Of a DNA stretch of 64,000 bases, positions 12,855-25,900 are shown in pieces (positions within the stretch are counted from its first letter, which is position 1; every line of letters starts with the position of its first letter). Where the stretch lies: contig NC_045696.1 in NCBI RefSeq assembly GCF_009834535.1, positions 31,436,001-31,500,000 on the forward strand. The letters run 5' to 3'. This DNA is from Camelus ferus (taxonomy: Eukaryota). Under the pieces are notes generated by a model. The model searched no databases, was not told where the DNA came from, and saw nothing but the letters and a program-made list of their open reading frames with translations. The position numbers and the translations under genes are program-made.

Positions 12855-13756
12855 ATGAGCAATATGAAGAAACAGAGGAACCACTCCCAATTAAAGGATC
12901 AAGAGAAATCCCCTGAAAGCACAATCAAGGAAATAGACATTGATGGCCTACTACATCAAGATTTCAAAAAAGGAGTGATCAAAGTACTGAAGGAACTAAA
13001 AGAAACAGTGTGAAGAGATATAAAATATGTCAAAAATGAAACAGAAGCTATAAAGAGGAACCGAGTAGAATTAGTAAACTCATTTACTAAGATGAGAGCT
13101 GACCTAAAGGTTGTACAAAGCAGGCTAGATAATTCAGAGGAATGAATAAGTGACCTAGAAGACAGGACAACAGAAAGCACCCAATCAGAACAGCTGACAG
13201 AAAAACAAATAAAAAACAATGAAAACAATATAAGGGACCTATGGGATAATATAAAGCATGCCAATCTACGCATAATAGGGGTTCCAGAAGGGGAAGAAAG
13301 AACAAAGGGGATTGAAAAGATATTTGAAGAAATCATGACTGAAAACTTCCAAACCTAAAGAAGGAATCAGATATCCAAGTACAGGAGGCTCAGAGGGTCC
13401 CAAACAGGAAGAACCCAAACAGACCCACACCAAGACATATTATAATCAAGATGGCCAGAGTCAAGGATAAAGAAATGATCCTCAAGGCAGCAAGAGAAAA
13501 ACAAAGAGTGAGTTACAAGGGAACCCCTGTAAGGCTCTCAGCTGATTTCTCTACACAAATACTACAGGCCAGAAGGGAGTGGCAAGATATATTCAAAGTC
13601 CTGAATGAAAAAAAGATGCAGCCTAGGATACTCTGTCCAGCAAGGCTATCCTTTAGAATAGAAGGAGAGATAAAGAATTTCACAGACAAGCAAAAACTAA
13701 CAGAGTTTAGCAACACTAAACCCATGCTAAAAAAAATATTGACAGGTCTACTCTAA
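12855..13756 (+). pseudogene. L1 ORF1p (coiled coil, RRM, CTD), full length but disrupted
   Basis: MSNMKKQRNHSQLKDQEKSPE...ISDLEDR...RDLWDNIKHANLRIIGVPEGEE...RPTPRHIIIKMARVKDKEMILKAAREKQ...RLSADFS...ARREWQDIFKVL...PARLSF. In-frame TGA at 13011 and 13143, and a 1-bp frameshift near 13350. Confidence 0.95.
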
Positions 13757-14555
13757 ATAGAAGAGAAGCAGGATGCTACAAAAATGAGAAACTCTTAACT
13801 GGAAAGGAGATAACTGCCATGAATTACAAAAGGAATAAACAAAAAATTGTAAAAGAAGACATTTAAATCATTAAGAGCGGGAGAGGGAAGCAAGGAAAGC
13901 CACTGTGGAAAACAGTATTGAGATTCCTCAAAGACTAGGAATAGACTTAACCATATGACACAAGAACCCTACTTCAAAATGATGCCTGCACCCCAATGTT
14001 CATAGCAGCACTATTTACAATAGCCAAGACATGGGAGCAGCCTAGATGTCCATCAACAGATGACTGAATAAAGAAGATGTGGTATACTCATACAATGGAA
14101 TACTATCCAGCCACAAAGACTGACAACATAACGCCATTTGCAGCAACATGGATGTTCCTGGAGAATGTCATTCAAAGTGAAGTAAGCCAGAAAGAGAAAG
14201 AAAAATACCATATGAGATCGCTTATATAAAGAATCTAAAACAAACAAACAAACAAACAAAACATAAATACAAAACAGAAATAGACTCATAGACATAGAAT
14301 ACAAACTTGTGGTTGCCAAGGGGGTGGGGGGTGGGAAGGGACAGACTGGGATTTTAAAATCTAGAATAGATAAACAAGATTATACTGTATAGCACAGGGA
14401 AATATACACAAGATCTTGTGGTAGCTCATAGTGAAAAAAGAAATGTGACAATGAATATATACATGTTCATGTATGACTGAAAAATTGTGCTCTACACTAG
14501 AATTTGACACAACATAGTAAAATAACTATTACTCAATAAAAAAATGTAAAAAAAA
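12855..14555 (+). mobile_element. Young L1 derivative: ORF1, inter-ORF spacer, last ~300 bp of ORF2, 3' UTR and A tail (half-L1/HAL1-like)
   Basis: ORF1 homology, an abrupt junction at ~13897 to the ORF2 end (agccactgtggaaaacagta), AATAAA at 14535-14540, and an imperfect TSD aaaaattcct (12845-12854) / aaaaactccc (14551-14560). Confidence 0.9.
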
Positions 14556-15830
14556 CTCCCTTTAGCTAAATGATTTGTGATGGCAGCTTTATCATATATC
14601 AAATTTACCATACATTATATTTGAATGTACTTGTGTCTTTTTCTGGATTTTCTATTCAGTTTTATTGTCTGTCTATTTATGTACCAACATTACATTGTTT
14701 AAATTATGGAGGCTTTATAATCTGTTTTAACATGTGGTAATGTAAGTCCTACTTGTAGTAGATTTCTTGTCATTTTTTCAAAATATTCTTGAATGTTTAC
14801 TTGCATATATTAAGTAGTATCAATTTGTTTAGGTTCTGATAAAAACTTATAGTCATTTTTTAATCGAGTTTCTTTGAATTTATAAATTAATGAGAACTCA
14901 CATCTTTGTAAGTTTAGTCATCTACAGAAAGTATCTCTATTTAATTCCACTTGTTTATTTAATACTGTCTTAGAGTTTTCCTTATATTTTTGGCATATAT
15001 GGAGGTTTTTGTTTGTTTGCTTGTTTGTTTGTATTATCTTTTTCCTAGCTCTATTTATCTTCTTTATTTCTATTGCAAATAACTTTTCTCTGTAAGTATC
15101 TCTTCTAACTGGTTATTTTTTGGGTAAATGAAGGTTATTACTTTCTGTATGTTAAAACTATTCCTTGTTATCTTAATTAATGTTCTGTTGTTTGAAAAGC
15201 TGAACATGCTTTAACTTTCATTTTGAGTTCTATTATTCATGGATTATTTATATCTTTTCTTAAAATTTCTATAAAGTTAGATATTTTAAAATTATCTTAT
15301 TTTTCTTTAGTTTTAGTTTAATAACATTGTGGTCAGAAATGACTCTCAGTAATTTCAGTCATTTGCCAGTCTTCCGGGCCTGAACTGTAAGAAGGATGGA
15401 TATACAGATTAAATTAGATTCTAGAGAAATGTTTAAATTTATATCAGGTGGAAAATTTAAATCTGAAAACAAAAACTATATTAATGCCAAAGGTAAATAT
15501 AAAAGCTTGAATCTGCATAAAGAATTTTCAAGGTGAATAGAATTGCTGGGAAATCCAAGCTTTGTGCCCTAAAGAATGCACCCTACTGAATTCATTACTT
15601 TCCGTGAACAATCTAAAATCATATACTCAAGAGGAAGGGAGGTGGTTTGGGGAAGATAAGTGCTGAAAGGAAGGGGATTATTACTGGATCAAGGAGTTCA
15701 ACTATCCAAACTAAAATTTCCAAAATGAAATCAAAGAACCAGGTCTCATTGAGGTAGGGAAAGAAGGAAGCCATAATCTCTAGCCATGATGATTCAGGAA
15801 ACTGAAATGTAGCAGCATAAAGGCTGCTGA

Positions 15831-16664
15831 CACACCAGTCAGAATGGCCATTATTCAAAAGTCCATGAACAATAAATGCTGGGAGGGAGTGGGGAAAAGG
15901 GAACTCTCCTACAATGCTGGTGGCAATGTAGTTTGGTGCAGCTATTATGGAAAACAGTATGGAGATTCCTCAAAAATCTAAAAAGAGACTTACTATATGA
16001 TCCAGCAATCCCATTCCTGGGTATATATCCAGAGGGAACTCTAATTTGAAAATATACATGCACCCCAATTTTCATAGCAGCACAATATACGATAGTTAAG
16101 ATATGAAAACAACCTAAATGTCCATCGACAGATGACTGGATAAACAAGTTGTGGTATATTTATACAATGGAATACTACTCAGCCATAAAAAATAATAAAA
16201 TAATGCTATTTGCAGCAACATGGATGGACCTAGAGATCATCATTCTAAGTGAAGTAAGCCAGAAAGAGAAAGAATACCATATGACATCACTCATATGTGG
16301 AATCTAAAAAAAAAAAGATAAAAAAGACACTATGAACTCATCTATAAAACAGAAACAGACTTGCTTAGTAAACAGTAAACTTAGTAAACAATCTTATGGT
16401 TACCAGGGAAAGGGGGTAGGAAGGGATAAATTTGGGAGTTTGAGATTTGCAAATGTTGGCTACTATATCTAAAAATAGATTAAAAAAAACAAGTTTCTTC
16501 TGCACCACATTGGGAACTTTATTCAGTATCTTGTAATAACCTTTAATGAAAAAGAATATATAAACATATATATATATATGTATATGCATGAATGGGACAT
16601 TGTGTTGTACACCAGAAATTGACCCATTGTAACTGACTGTACTTAAATTTAAAAAAAAAAAAAA
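15831..16664 (+). mobile_element. Young 5'-truncated L1 (ORF2 C-terminus, 3' UTR, A14 tail)
   Basis: cacaccagtcagaatggccattattcaaaagtcc... with poly(A) at 16651-16664. TSD aaaggctgctga (15819-15830) / aaaggttgctga (16662-16673). Confidence 0.95.
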
Positions 16665-17289
16665 GGTTGCTGATTCTTGATAATGTAGTGCCCCCGCATG
16701 CAGCATTATTGAACAGAGCTACATGTTTACATCTTAGTGAGAACAATGACTCTGCACTCACACTGTAAACTGAGATTATTGCACTACAACTAACCCCAGG
16801 CCCATCATGGACTCTAGGAACTACCACGTATCTCAATAAGAACCAATTTGGGAATGCAGCAGGGATTAGGCTATGTAATAAAATCACCTTATTAGTGATT
16901 ATTGCTAAGATGTGGGAAGGCATATTCTTATATATTTATTAGATCTGGGTATAAACTGATACTTCCTGCTTTTAAGATCAGTTCTATTTTCTTGCATCAT
17001 GTTGGATCTCAGACTGCATGAAAGTCCTTAGGTGTTTTGGGCTATATTTTATTGGTCGAAGTATACTATTAATAAAAATACATTTGGTAAAGTTAATGGT
17101 AATAGATGCTTTTTAAGGAAGGTTTCTTTGGAATAGAGGAAATGGAATAGATAAACCAATTATGAAGGTTTTCAATGTATAACAGTAAACAGAGATCATA
17201 CCACGTGAGTTATAGATGATTGTGGTTTTATAAAGAATTTGATATTGAAAGTGAGTGAAATTGTTAACTTGCTATATAATAGACAATTG

Positions 17290-17485
17290 CTGGTCAAAGA
17301 TCTAAACAACTTGGTTTATTTATCTTGGGCAAACCACTTAACCATTTTGACCCTGTTGTTTCATCAGTAATATGGAGAAAATAAAATCTTCCATGACTTC
17401 CACAGCTATGGCGGGGACAAATTAAGATGTGATTATAAAAGCTCTTGAAAAATAGAAGTTCTAATAAAAATTAGTAGCCATTATA
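17290..17485 (+). mobile_element. MIR SINE
   Basis: tcttgggcaaaccacttaacc...tttcatcagtaatatggaga...aaattaagatg...aaagctcttg. Confidence 0.6.
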
Positions 17486-18029
17486 ATTAGTTGTAAATGT
17501 TAATGAGCTCTCATAAATGTCTAAAATTAATATTACTTTCATTTAAAAAAGCCAAGTAGTATTATTTTCTTTCCAGTACTCTTTTGTGGTTTATTCTTTC
17601 AATATTTCCAAATGAATATATAGGAAAATTTTCCTTTATTACAATGTATAAATTAAACACACAAATGAACACAACACAGATACATTTTTCTCTAATGTAT
17701 GAGAGCCTTTTTTTCTCTGTAACTACACACTTTCCAACATAATTATTCATCTTTGAGTTTTTTTTTTTTCCCCTTCTTATGGCCACGTGAATAACCAGGT
17801 ATTATAGACCTGGTAACTAAAACATAAGCAGATTTAAAAGAGCATGGTTGCAGTACAAGCAGATCACAGACACAAAGGCATTACAGCCTTTAAAATTCAA
17901 TAAGTCTACTTGCTGCATTTACTTCCGTTGTGTTAAGCAAGCCTTTCATTATGGTCATTAATCAAGGTGGATGATGTATTGTTTCACCATTGTTACTTTG
18001 ACATATGAAAGATTCCATATTCAATTAGC

Positions 18030-18202
18030 TGCAGAAGGTTATGTTAGATCAGGATGTCTAGGTTTCTGTCTATCTTCAGTTGCTAACAGACATTGTGACT
18101 TTGGGCTAGATTGTCACTTTGACACTGTTTTCTTTCAGATAAAGCAAGGAAATCAAGATAGGATTATTTTTCTGGTATCTTCTAGCTTTAATATTTTATG
18201 AT
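18030..18202 (+). mobile_element. MIR3/MIRc-like SINE
   Basis: tcaggatgtctaggtttc...gctaacagacattgtgactttgggc...cttctagctttaatattttatgat. Confidence 0.55.
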
Positions 18203-20559
18203 ATTATGAACATTAATAATTTTGAATTTAAATCCTCACCTTAGATCTGGATTCCCTGAGGAACATGAGGACAGCCTGCAACATATCTCAGAGGATTATT
18301 TAATTGTGATTTCCTCAACACTTACAAGGTGACACAGTTCTTTACCACCATATCCTCAAGAGAGGAGAGATGCAAAATGAAAATAAAACTTGATAATTAG
18401 ATCCTTTGCTTTTCTAACCAGAAAAGATAAATGCAGCTTAGGGAAGGGACAAAGAAAGCTCAAGTCAAAAATGTGAAAAGCATCCACTCACTTCATAAAA
18501 CTCTGTGCTAAGTATTATTGGCATACATTTAAAATTCATTGTCTCCTGGAAAAGGTTATAGAAATCAATGTTGGACCTAAGAAATTTAAAGACAAGAAGA
18601 TTGATTGCACCTAAAAACTTATCAAGGTCATTTCTGATGGCATGTTAAATTTTTCATATAATATGACTTCTTCTTTACTAGACGTTCTTTCTTTTCCCCA
18701 ACTTGGGACCTATGAAAATTTATCTTATCCATATAAGCATGACAAAATATATAAAATGTGTGATGATCTTTATGAATGTATGATGCCTTTCTCAAACCAG
18801 AGAGTGGTGGCGGTAGAGGTGTAGAAGTGGGTGCATGTACTGGTGTCCTTTGTTAGAGAGAGCAGCATAATTACCTTAAAAACTTCCAATGGGCAGTGAT
18901 GCAACATCTTCTAGGCTCTAGAGTATTTTCTTGAATAGGTGCTAAGTCATAAGATGTTCCTAAGCTGTGGTTTTTAATTCAGACCCAATCAGGTCAAAAT
19001 AAGAGGAAGTCATTAAGATGAAAAGGCTAGAGGATCAGACACGAAGATCAACTTTTCAAATCAGAGTAGAAAGGCAGAAGGGAAAATCTCTTGACTCCAG
19101 CAGAAGGAGGAAATGAGGTATTTTTTTTTGGGTTCTCTGGACACTTATAAATGCTCCAAGAACTCAAAAGACTACCAATGTGGAAAAACTGAAAATAATT
19201 TGATTTAGAAAAAATAAATAAAAGTAATATCTGTGATATTTTTCGTTAATTTTTGCTGAACAATTAATGTAAAAATGTAAAGTAGTCACTTTGTTTTTTT
19301 ATGGCTTCTTATAGAGACTATGTTATTTAAAAATTTTTAAATGTCATTTTATAAAATAACAATATATATATTCTTCCCCAAGGAAACTAATCTATGGATT
19401 TTCAGATTGAGTACAGAACAAGAAACCAAAAGATAAAAAGCCAAAAATACACAAACACTATTTAAAAAGTAATTATAAAATGTGCATTTTTACTATTTAA
19501 AACCATTGTTTCAAATGTGAATTTGTATTAGTTTATCATTTTTATTTTGCAAACTCATTATAAATCAATATGAAAAAAACTTGCATATCATAAACAGGAA
19601 TAATGTTAAATTAGATCTATCTTATGAAGTCTTCATGAGATCAAATTTAATGCAATTATTTTTAGAATTACTCCTTTGTAAATACATTTTTTTAAGATAG
19701 GATTTTCTAAGGTGTTAATATAACAAAGCAAAAACTCTGCAAGTTTCTTTTTAATCAAAGATTTTCATATGACTAAAGTATTTAAAACTGAATCCTACAT
19801 TTTGTTTCACTAGCAAATTTGAGCTATTATGGAGTTACCTGTCAAGAAATGCAATGATCTAATTATCCATTTGCTTTTTTGTTAAAAATGGATTCAAACT
19901 GATAAAGAACAATAAATAAATAGGAACGTGAATGTGCATATTCATATGGCAAAACCCAGAACTAATCTGAGATACTTAGCTGTAAATTTCCAATATAGAA
20001 TATAAAAATTGAATCTAAAAATCCAGTGTTTTTTATGAAACCTTACCATTCAAGGAAAATATCCAATTATTATTATTCCATTTGTAAGAGGTATGTGACA
20101 TTGTTGTTAAAATATTTTCTGTAATCCCTCTCTCTCTCACTGCATATATCAACAAGAAAATACTTGGCCCTGAAGGAAATAATAAATTGTCATATTTTTA
20201 ATGCTTAAAAGCAGTTGTTATCTGTGGTTAGATTTTGATAATTTTTGAACTTTGTGAATGTATATTTAGGTAACATGAAAAACTCATACTAGGGACTTAG
20301 ATTCTCAATGAGCAAACTTTGTATCTTTTACCTCTTTAAAATTAATTTTAAAAATATGAGTAATTTTGTAAAAAAGAATGATTTTAGGATATAAACTGCA
20401 AAACGTGTTTGTTCTGGATCTGAAGATAATTCCTGGGAGAAAGGATACATGTACTAGAATTAAAAATATGGCAATCTATTATATTTCTTTCTGGGCCAAA
20501 TATTTTCTTATTGCTATGTATTTTCTAATCATTATCTCATAGACCTGAATAATTTTTAT

Positions 20560-20880
20560 TGCTTTTTTCCCCATAATTCAAATAATTTCTCTATATCTTT
20601 GTTCAAGTGTGAATTCCTTAATTAAACTCCTCTTGATCCCTCAAATGCAAATATTTCTTTCTCTGAAATTCCACAGCATTCTTTCTATCATTGTGCTTCC
20701 TTTCTGACACATTTAACCCCCTTGCAGTATATTTGTTTAGGTTTATACCCTCCCTCAGCTATAATCTCTATTAGAGACGTGTACTGTTGATTGTGCTTTT
20801 TATCCTAATGGTAACCAAATGAATATTTTGTATATAATTGGTGTGCAAAATATGTGTTGTTAAATAAATAAATGAATACC
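20560..20880 (+). mobile_element. L2 3' end, decayed
   Basis: Ends aaaatatgtgttgttaaataaataaatgaat. Confidence 0.45.
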
Positions 20881-22056
20881 TGGATGTTTGAAGTTCATTA
20901 TTGCCTTAAGGCACAGAAGCAGAATAAAGCTTACTTTTCAAAACATTTCACAAATTTGTATTAGAAGTAACACTTTACATGTGAAATAATTAAAACTTTT
21001 CAAGATTTAAGAGTCATAATATCACTTGTGCCTCAATTTCATAGTCATTTCAAATGGGTTTTGTTTGAATTTAAATGTTATGGATATAGCCAGTTTCAGT
21101 GATATAAATAACAACTTCAAAGAAGTAAGTGACACATCATCTATTTACCAGTATTATATCTGATGTCTTAAATTTTCTATATTTAAAGCAGTGGCCCCAT
21201 GAAATATATATTTTCCTAAGAATAAAAGTTTTCAACATTGAAATTGTGCATGTGATTCTAAAACAGATTGTTTTTAAAATATGCTCGATTGCAGTTTAAA
21301 TCAAACGCACACTGTTGGGTGCATGATATTACTACCCCTGAAAGTAGGATATGAAATATGTGAATCATTATGTGATTCACACAGTGTGAAATGCAAACAA
21401 ATCTCATGGAAATTTGTTGATAAAATAAATGTGAATTTCACTCAAGTTCTCGATTTAAAACTTCAGCCTGATGTAAAAGCAAAACTTCTGATGTTAGGAA
21501 AATAAAAATAATTCATGTTTGTAAATTGACTTCTATCTGTAGTATTATTGAAGTGTTCATCATAAACCAAATGTATTGCATCTCCAAATCTGAAATAGTC
21601 ATTAGCAGGAAAGTGGCATTTCTGTAGCTCTCCTACCAATAAATACGTGGAGCTAGTTTAAATGTCCTGGTGGTACTTTTAAGCAAGGATCTCTAACTGC
21701 CAATTATTCCGAATATCTGAGTGGGATTTCATCACCTAAGGTGCCAGCACAAGATGAAACTCACTTTTTTTTTTCTTCATTGTATTACAGATCTGTGTTT
21801 TTAAAAATGCAGGTATGAGTAAAAATAGTAGCATAAACAAGAGATAAAGTTGGCAAGAAAAGCAGTTTGTGATATTTGATCATAGTTCTACTCAACATAC
21901 TTACATACTTTGTTATGATACTTAACAAGTTATTGTTCAGTTAAATTGGACAGATAAGTTGCCTATTTTTAGAACCATTGTTGGGTAATTATCTGTCAAA
22001 TCTATCTAAATTTGAGTTGATGAAGTAGAACTACTAAGTGTGTTGGTTTTAGCTGT

Positions 22057-22947
22057 TGCTATGATCTGAATGTCCGAATATGTGTGTCCCCTCCTACATT
22101 CATATATTGAAATCTTAATAGTATTAGGAGGTGGAGACATTTAATTTAATTTAATTTTTTATTTTTTATTGAAGTACAGTCAATTACAATGTGTTAGTTT
22201 CTGGTGTACAGCACAATGTCCCAGTCTTGCATATACATACATATATTCATTTTCATATTTTTTCCATTAAAGGTTATTAGAAGATATTGAGCATAGTTTC
22301 CTGTGCTATACAAAAGAAACTTTTTAAAAATCTATCTCTATATATAGTGGCTAACATTTGTAAATATCAAACTAATGTCAAACCAATATTCATAGCAGCA
22401 CTATATACAATAGCCAAGACTTGGAAGCAACTAAATGTTCATCGACAGAATACTGGATGAAGAAGTCTTGGAATACTACTCTGCCATAAAAAAGAATAAA
22501 ATAATGCCATTTGCAGCAACATGGATGGACCGAGATTATCATTCTAAGTGAAGTAAGCCAGAAAGAGAAAGAAAAATACCATATGACATCACTCATATGT
22601 GGAATCTAAAAAAAAGGAAAAAAATGGACACCATGAACTCACCTACAAAACAGAAACAGACTCTCAGATTTAGTAAACAATCTTATTGTTACCAGGGAAA
22701 AGGGGTGGGAGGGGATAAATTTGGGAGATTAGAACTCCTTTAAAAGAGATCCCAGAGAACTCCCCAGTCCAGTCCCTTCTATTGTGTGAGAGTACAGAGA
22801 AGTCTGCAACCTGGTACAGGGCCCTCACAGGACCTGCTGGCACCCGGATCTCAGACTCTGAGCTTCTAGAATTGTGAGAAATAAATGTCTGTAGTTTATA
22901 AGCTATTCAGTGTGTGGTATTTTGTTATAGCAGCCCTAATGAACTAA
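22057..22947 (+). mobile_element. MLT1A-type MaLR LTR, split by an L1 insertion
   Basis: 5' part tgctatgatctgaatgt...tgtgtcccc...gtattaggaggtgg (22057-22140). 3' part aaaagagatcccagaga...agaattgtgagaaataaatgtctg...tggtattttgttatagcagccc (22728-22947). Confidence 0.85.
22140..22727 (-). mobile_element. Young L1 with 5' inversion: 3' end on minus (22140-22373), inverted upstream part on plus (22383-22727)
   Basis: Both parts align to the intact copy at 15831-16664 and are contiguous there at tttgggAG|tttgagatttgc (16431-16450). Confidence 0.9.

Positions 22948-22995
<48 letters not shown>
22948..22995. repeat. (CTAT)12 tetranucleotide microsatellite
   Basis: Seen directly. Confidence 0.97.
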
Positions 22996-25900
22996 TTCTT
23001 ATCATATAGTCCTTCCTGGCATATTTTCAGTATAAGGAGGAAAATTAGATTAATATGCTATTTATATCAGCAGTAAATCTAGTGAGCATATTTATAAAAA
23101 CTTGTGTATCTATGTAAAATAAATAATAGTTTATTATCTCTTATCATAAAGTTAAATAAAATATAACATTAGATTTAGCTAAAATTTTGCTTACTTGATT
23201 AAAAGATGACTAATCCAGACTGAGAGACAGTGAGAGAGACTTATATCTCCCTTAACACTGGCAAAAATTGTCAAATTAATTTGAAGAAATCAAATAGGTG
23301 GTTTATTTCACCTAGTAATTAGAACATATAGTTTTATCTCTATATAAAGTTACTTCCTATAAATTACTTTATTTTATTGTGTAACCCATCATGTAATTTG
23401 TAGAGCTTTGGAAACTTTTAAATAATAACATCTATGATATATTGAAACTCATGCTCAGTGCTGATGGTAATTACTAAGATATTTCATATTTAAAAAAGTC
23501 TTTTGAACATGTGGATGATATTTCCAAATGTGAAGTGAAGAATTTATGCAAAATATTATTTTCAAAAATACCTTGCAAAAGTAATTTTTTATTTCTTTGT
23601 CTTCCTCCCTAGATTACAAATATCATTAAAAACATTTTAAGAAGTGATTTGCTATGATTCCATTCTGTCTACAGTATTTAAATAAATCTATCAACAAAGT
23701 ACTTTTATTTTCCCTTTTACTGGTTTAGTTAAATAACTATCTATTCAACTTTATACAGATTTTAGATCCCCACATATCAGACACCTCAGGAATGGCAGTA
23801 TTTTGTTTCCCTTGTTGTTTTTAAACATGTAATATGTTAAGTATAAGGATACCTTCTATATACTATAGACAATTAGATAGTGCTTATTTACTATAGAAAT
23901 ATTTTAATTTTAATAGCTAAAAACAGATTGGTTCATTATGTGTCTTGTGAGATATATATTCTATCTTCCAATGTCAAAAATAAAATAGGGTAGTTGATGA
24001 AGTGAAGTGCAGAGATCAAAAAGTGATTTCACTATGAAGACAGAAATTAACATTAGTCTTCATAATCGTAAGCAAATTTTGTTTTCCAATGTGATTATCT
24101 TTATACAACATTACACACTTTTAATAAAAACATTTTCTAGAAATTGAGAGAAATGCAGGAGCACTCCTCATGGGATGTCAATATTATAAAATCAGCGCCT
24201 CTTTTATTTACTGCCCAAGTCTTGGAAAAGGTTATTGGGTTTATCTGCATAAAATATGACTAGCAGTCAAGCATGTCAAAGATTCAATTTGGGTCTCTAA
24301 ATTAAACAGAGAGTAATTTACTACTAGGATCATGTGGCCAAATTTCCTTCTACCAATGTGATTAAAGTATTTTGTTTAACTTCACTGTATTTATTTACAA
24401 GTTCAATAAAAGACACATATAACAGTGATAATTAGTGTTATACTCATATTCATGTATATGGTTAACAGATATAAACCTTTATAAATATCTACTAATAAAT
24501 ATATTATTAAAACAATGAATCCCTAAAGACTTAATCATTGGATAAGCCACTGTTTGAAGAAGCTGAGATTCCACATATTCAGGTCTTCAAATGTGAGAAA
24601 ATTTCATATACTTGTGAATTAAATTGTAAGGTATTAATAGAAAGCTAGGATTTTAAATAACTGATGCTTTATGAATGTTAATGAAGAGAATGGGCCTCGA
24701 CTGCTGAAATAAGCTTCTGAGGTCTCGTTTGGAGATAAATCAAAAAGGAAGTTTTATTAAAAAATACGTAATTGCAGCTTCTCTCCAAAATTATTGTATT
24801 CAAACCTGTTTTAATTGATTCACTTATTCAGTGACATTTCTAGCTTGATAAAACAAATCTAATTAGACTTAAGTACTAATTTTTCTTTAAGTTTATAACA
24901 TAGATTTTATTTTCTCAATTTCTTAAAATTTTTCTCAAATAAAATGCCCCCCAAAAGAGCAATATTTTATTTATTCTATTTTTATTATTTTGAAAGAAAC
25001 TACAAATATCTTCTGTTTATACTCCTTTGATTATTCTAATTATATACTTGATTTCTATATATGTTCACACTTCATTGGATGATAAGAAGACCACCTAGGA
25101 ATTCCATGAGATTTTGTGGATGCCACTTTGCAATTTCTTTCGTTCATTACATACTGATAAAAACGCTGATTTTTATGTGTCTAAGTTTAACTAAAGAACA
25201 ATAAAACAACAGGTAAACTTTAGAAATTTTATTATTTTAGCTGAGAGATGTGTAAATAACAAAATTTTAAAAATCTATTTATTGCAGGTGAAGTGAAACC
25301 TGAAGAAAAGACAGAGTTTCAAAGGGATGTTTGGCCTGACACTATTATGTACCCAAGATTTCTTGATCTATAAGGAGTTTTTAAAAATGTAGAGATTAGT
25401 TTAGCCTGAATTCAGATAAATTGAGAAAAAGGTAGTCATTTTAATAAACTTGGATGCAATATCATAAAGTAGTTTTTTTTTTCAAAGGCAAGATAATAAA
25501 CTTGAGGCTAGAATATTTGAACTCTGAAAGTAAGTTGCATATGGGCTACCTGAGATTGCACAATGGTGAGTTGTGAAGATTCTTTCCATGCTTCTTTTGT
25601 GATTAAATGTTATGCATTTGGATGGCACACTGCTAAGAGGACTTACTAAAAATAATTACGGTGTAGGACTGAATTTTCAAAGTTAAATCTTCCGTAAAAG
25701 AGATGCATATTTAACAAGATTCAAATTGCTCTACCAACCCTTCGACATTTCAATTCTAACTGAAGAGTTGGATTCCCATTATTAATTACTCAGACATACA
25801 TTTGACTTATTTCTAAATAAGATTCAAAAATCTATGGAGCTCTTTGATTTTAAATATATTTAATTCTACTTATTGATTAATTCATTAATTAATGTATTAT

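Larger units (their letters stand above)
12420..15200 (-). mobile_element. Old L1 (L1ME/L1MD-type) ORF2 remnant, split by the younger L1 at 12855-14555
   Basis: Antisense L1 motifs continue across the insert (ctggctgttccagaatcatttattaaaa | ...tgatttgtgatggcagctttatcatatatcaaattt). Confidence 0.6.

Noticed and set aside
12956..13336. 126-aa minus-strand ORF, plus 13087-13305 and 13513-13725
   Set aside because: These are antisense shadows of the A-rich L1 ORF1.
16365..16392. Small tandem duplications (also near 30170, 35865, 43740, 52165, 59665)
   Set aside because: Ordinary replication-slippage duplications with no spacer/repeat array; not CRISPR-like.
25270..25375. Acceptor-like ttgcag followed by EVKPEEKTEFQRDVWPDTIMYPRFLDL*
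   Set aside because: Poor pyrimidine tract, no convincing donor, and the peptide is not recognised.
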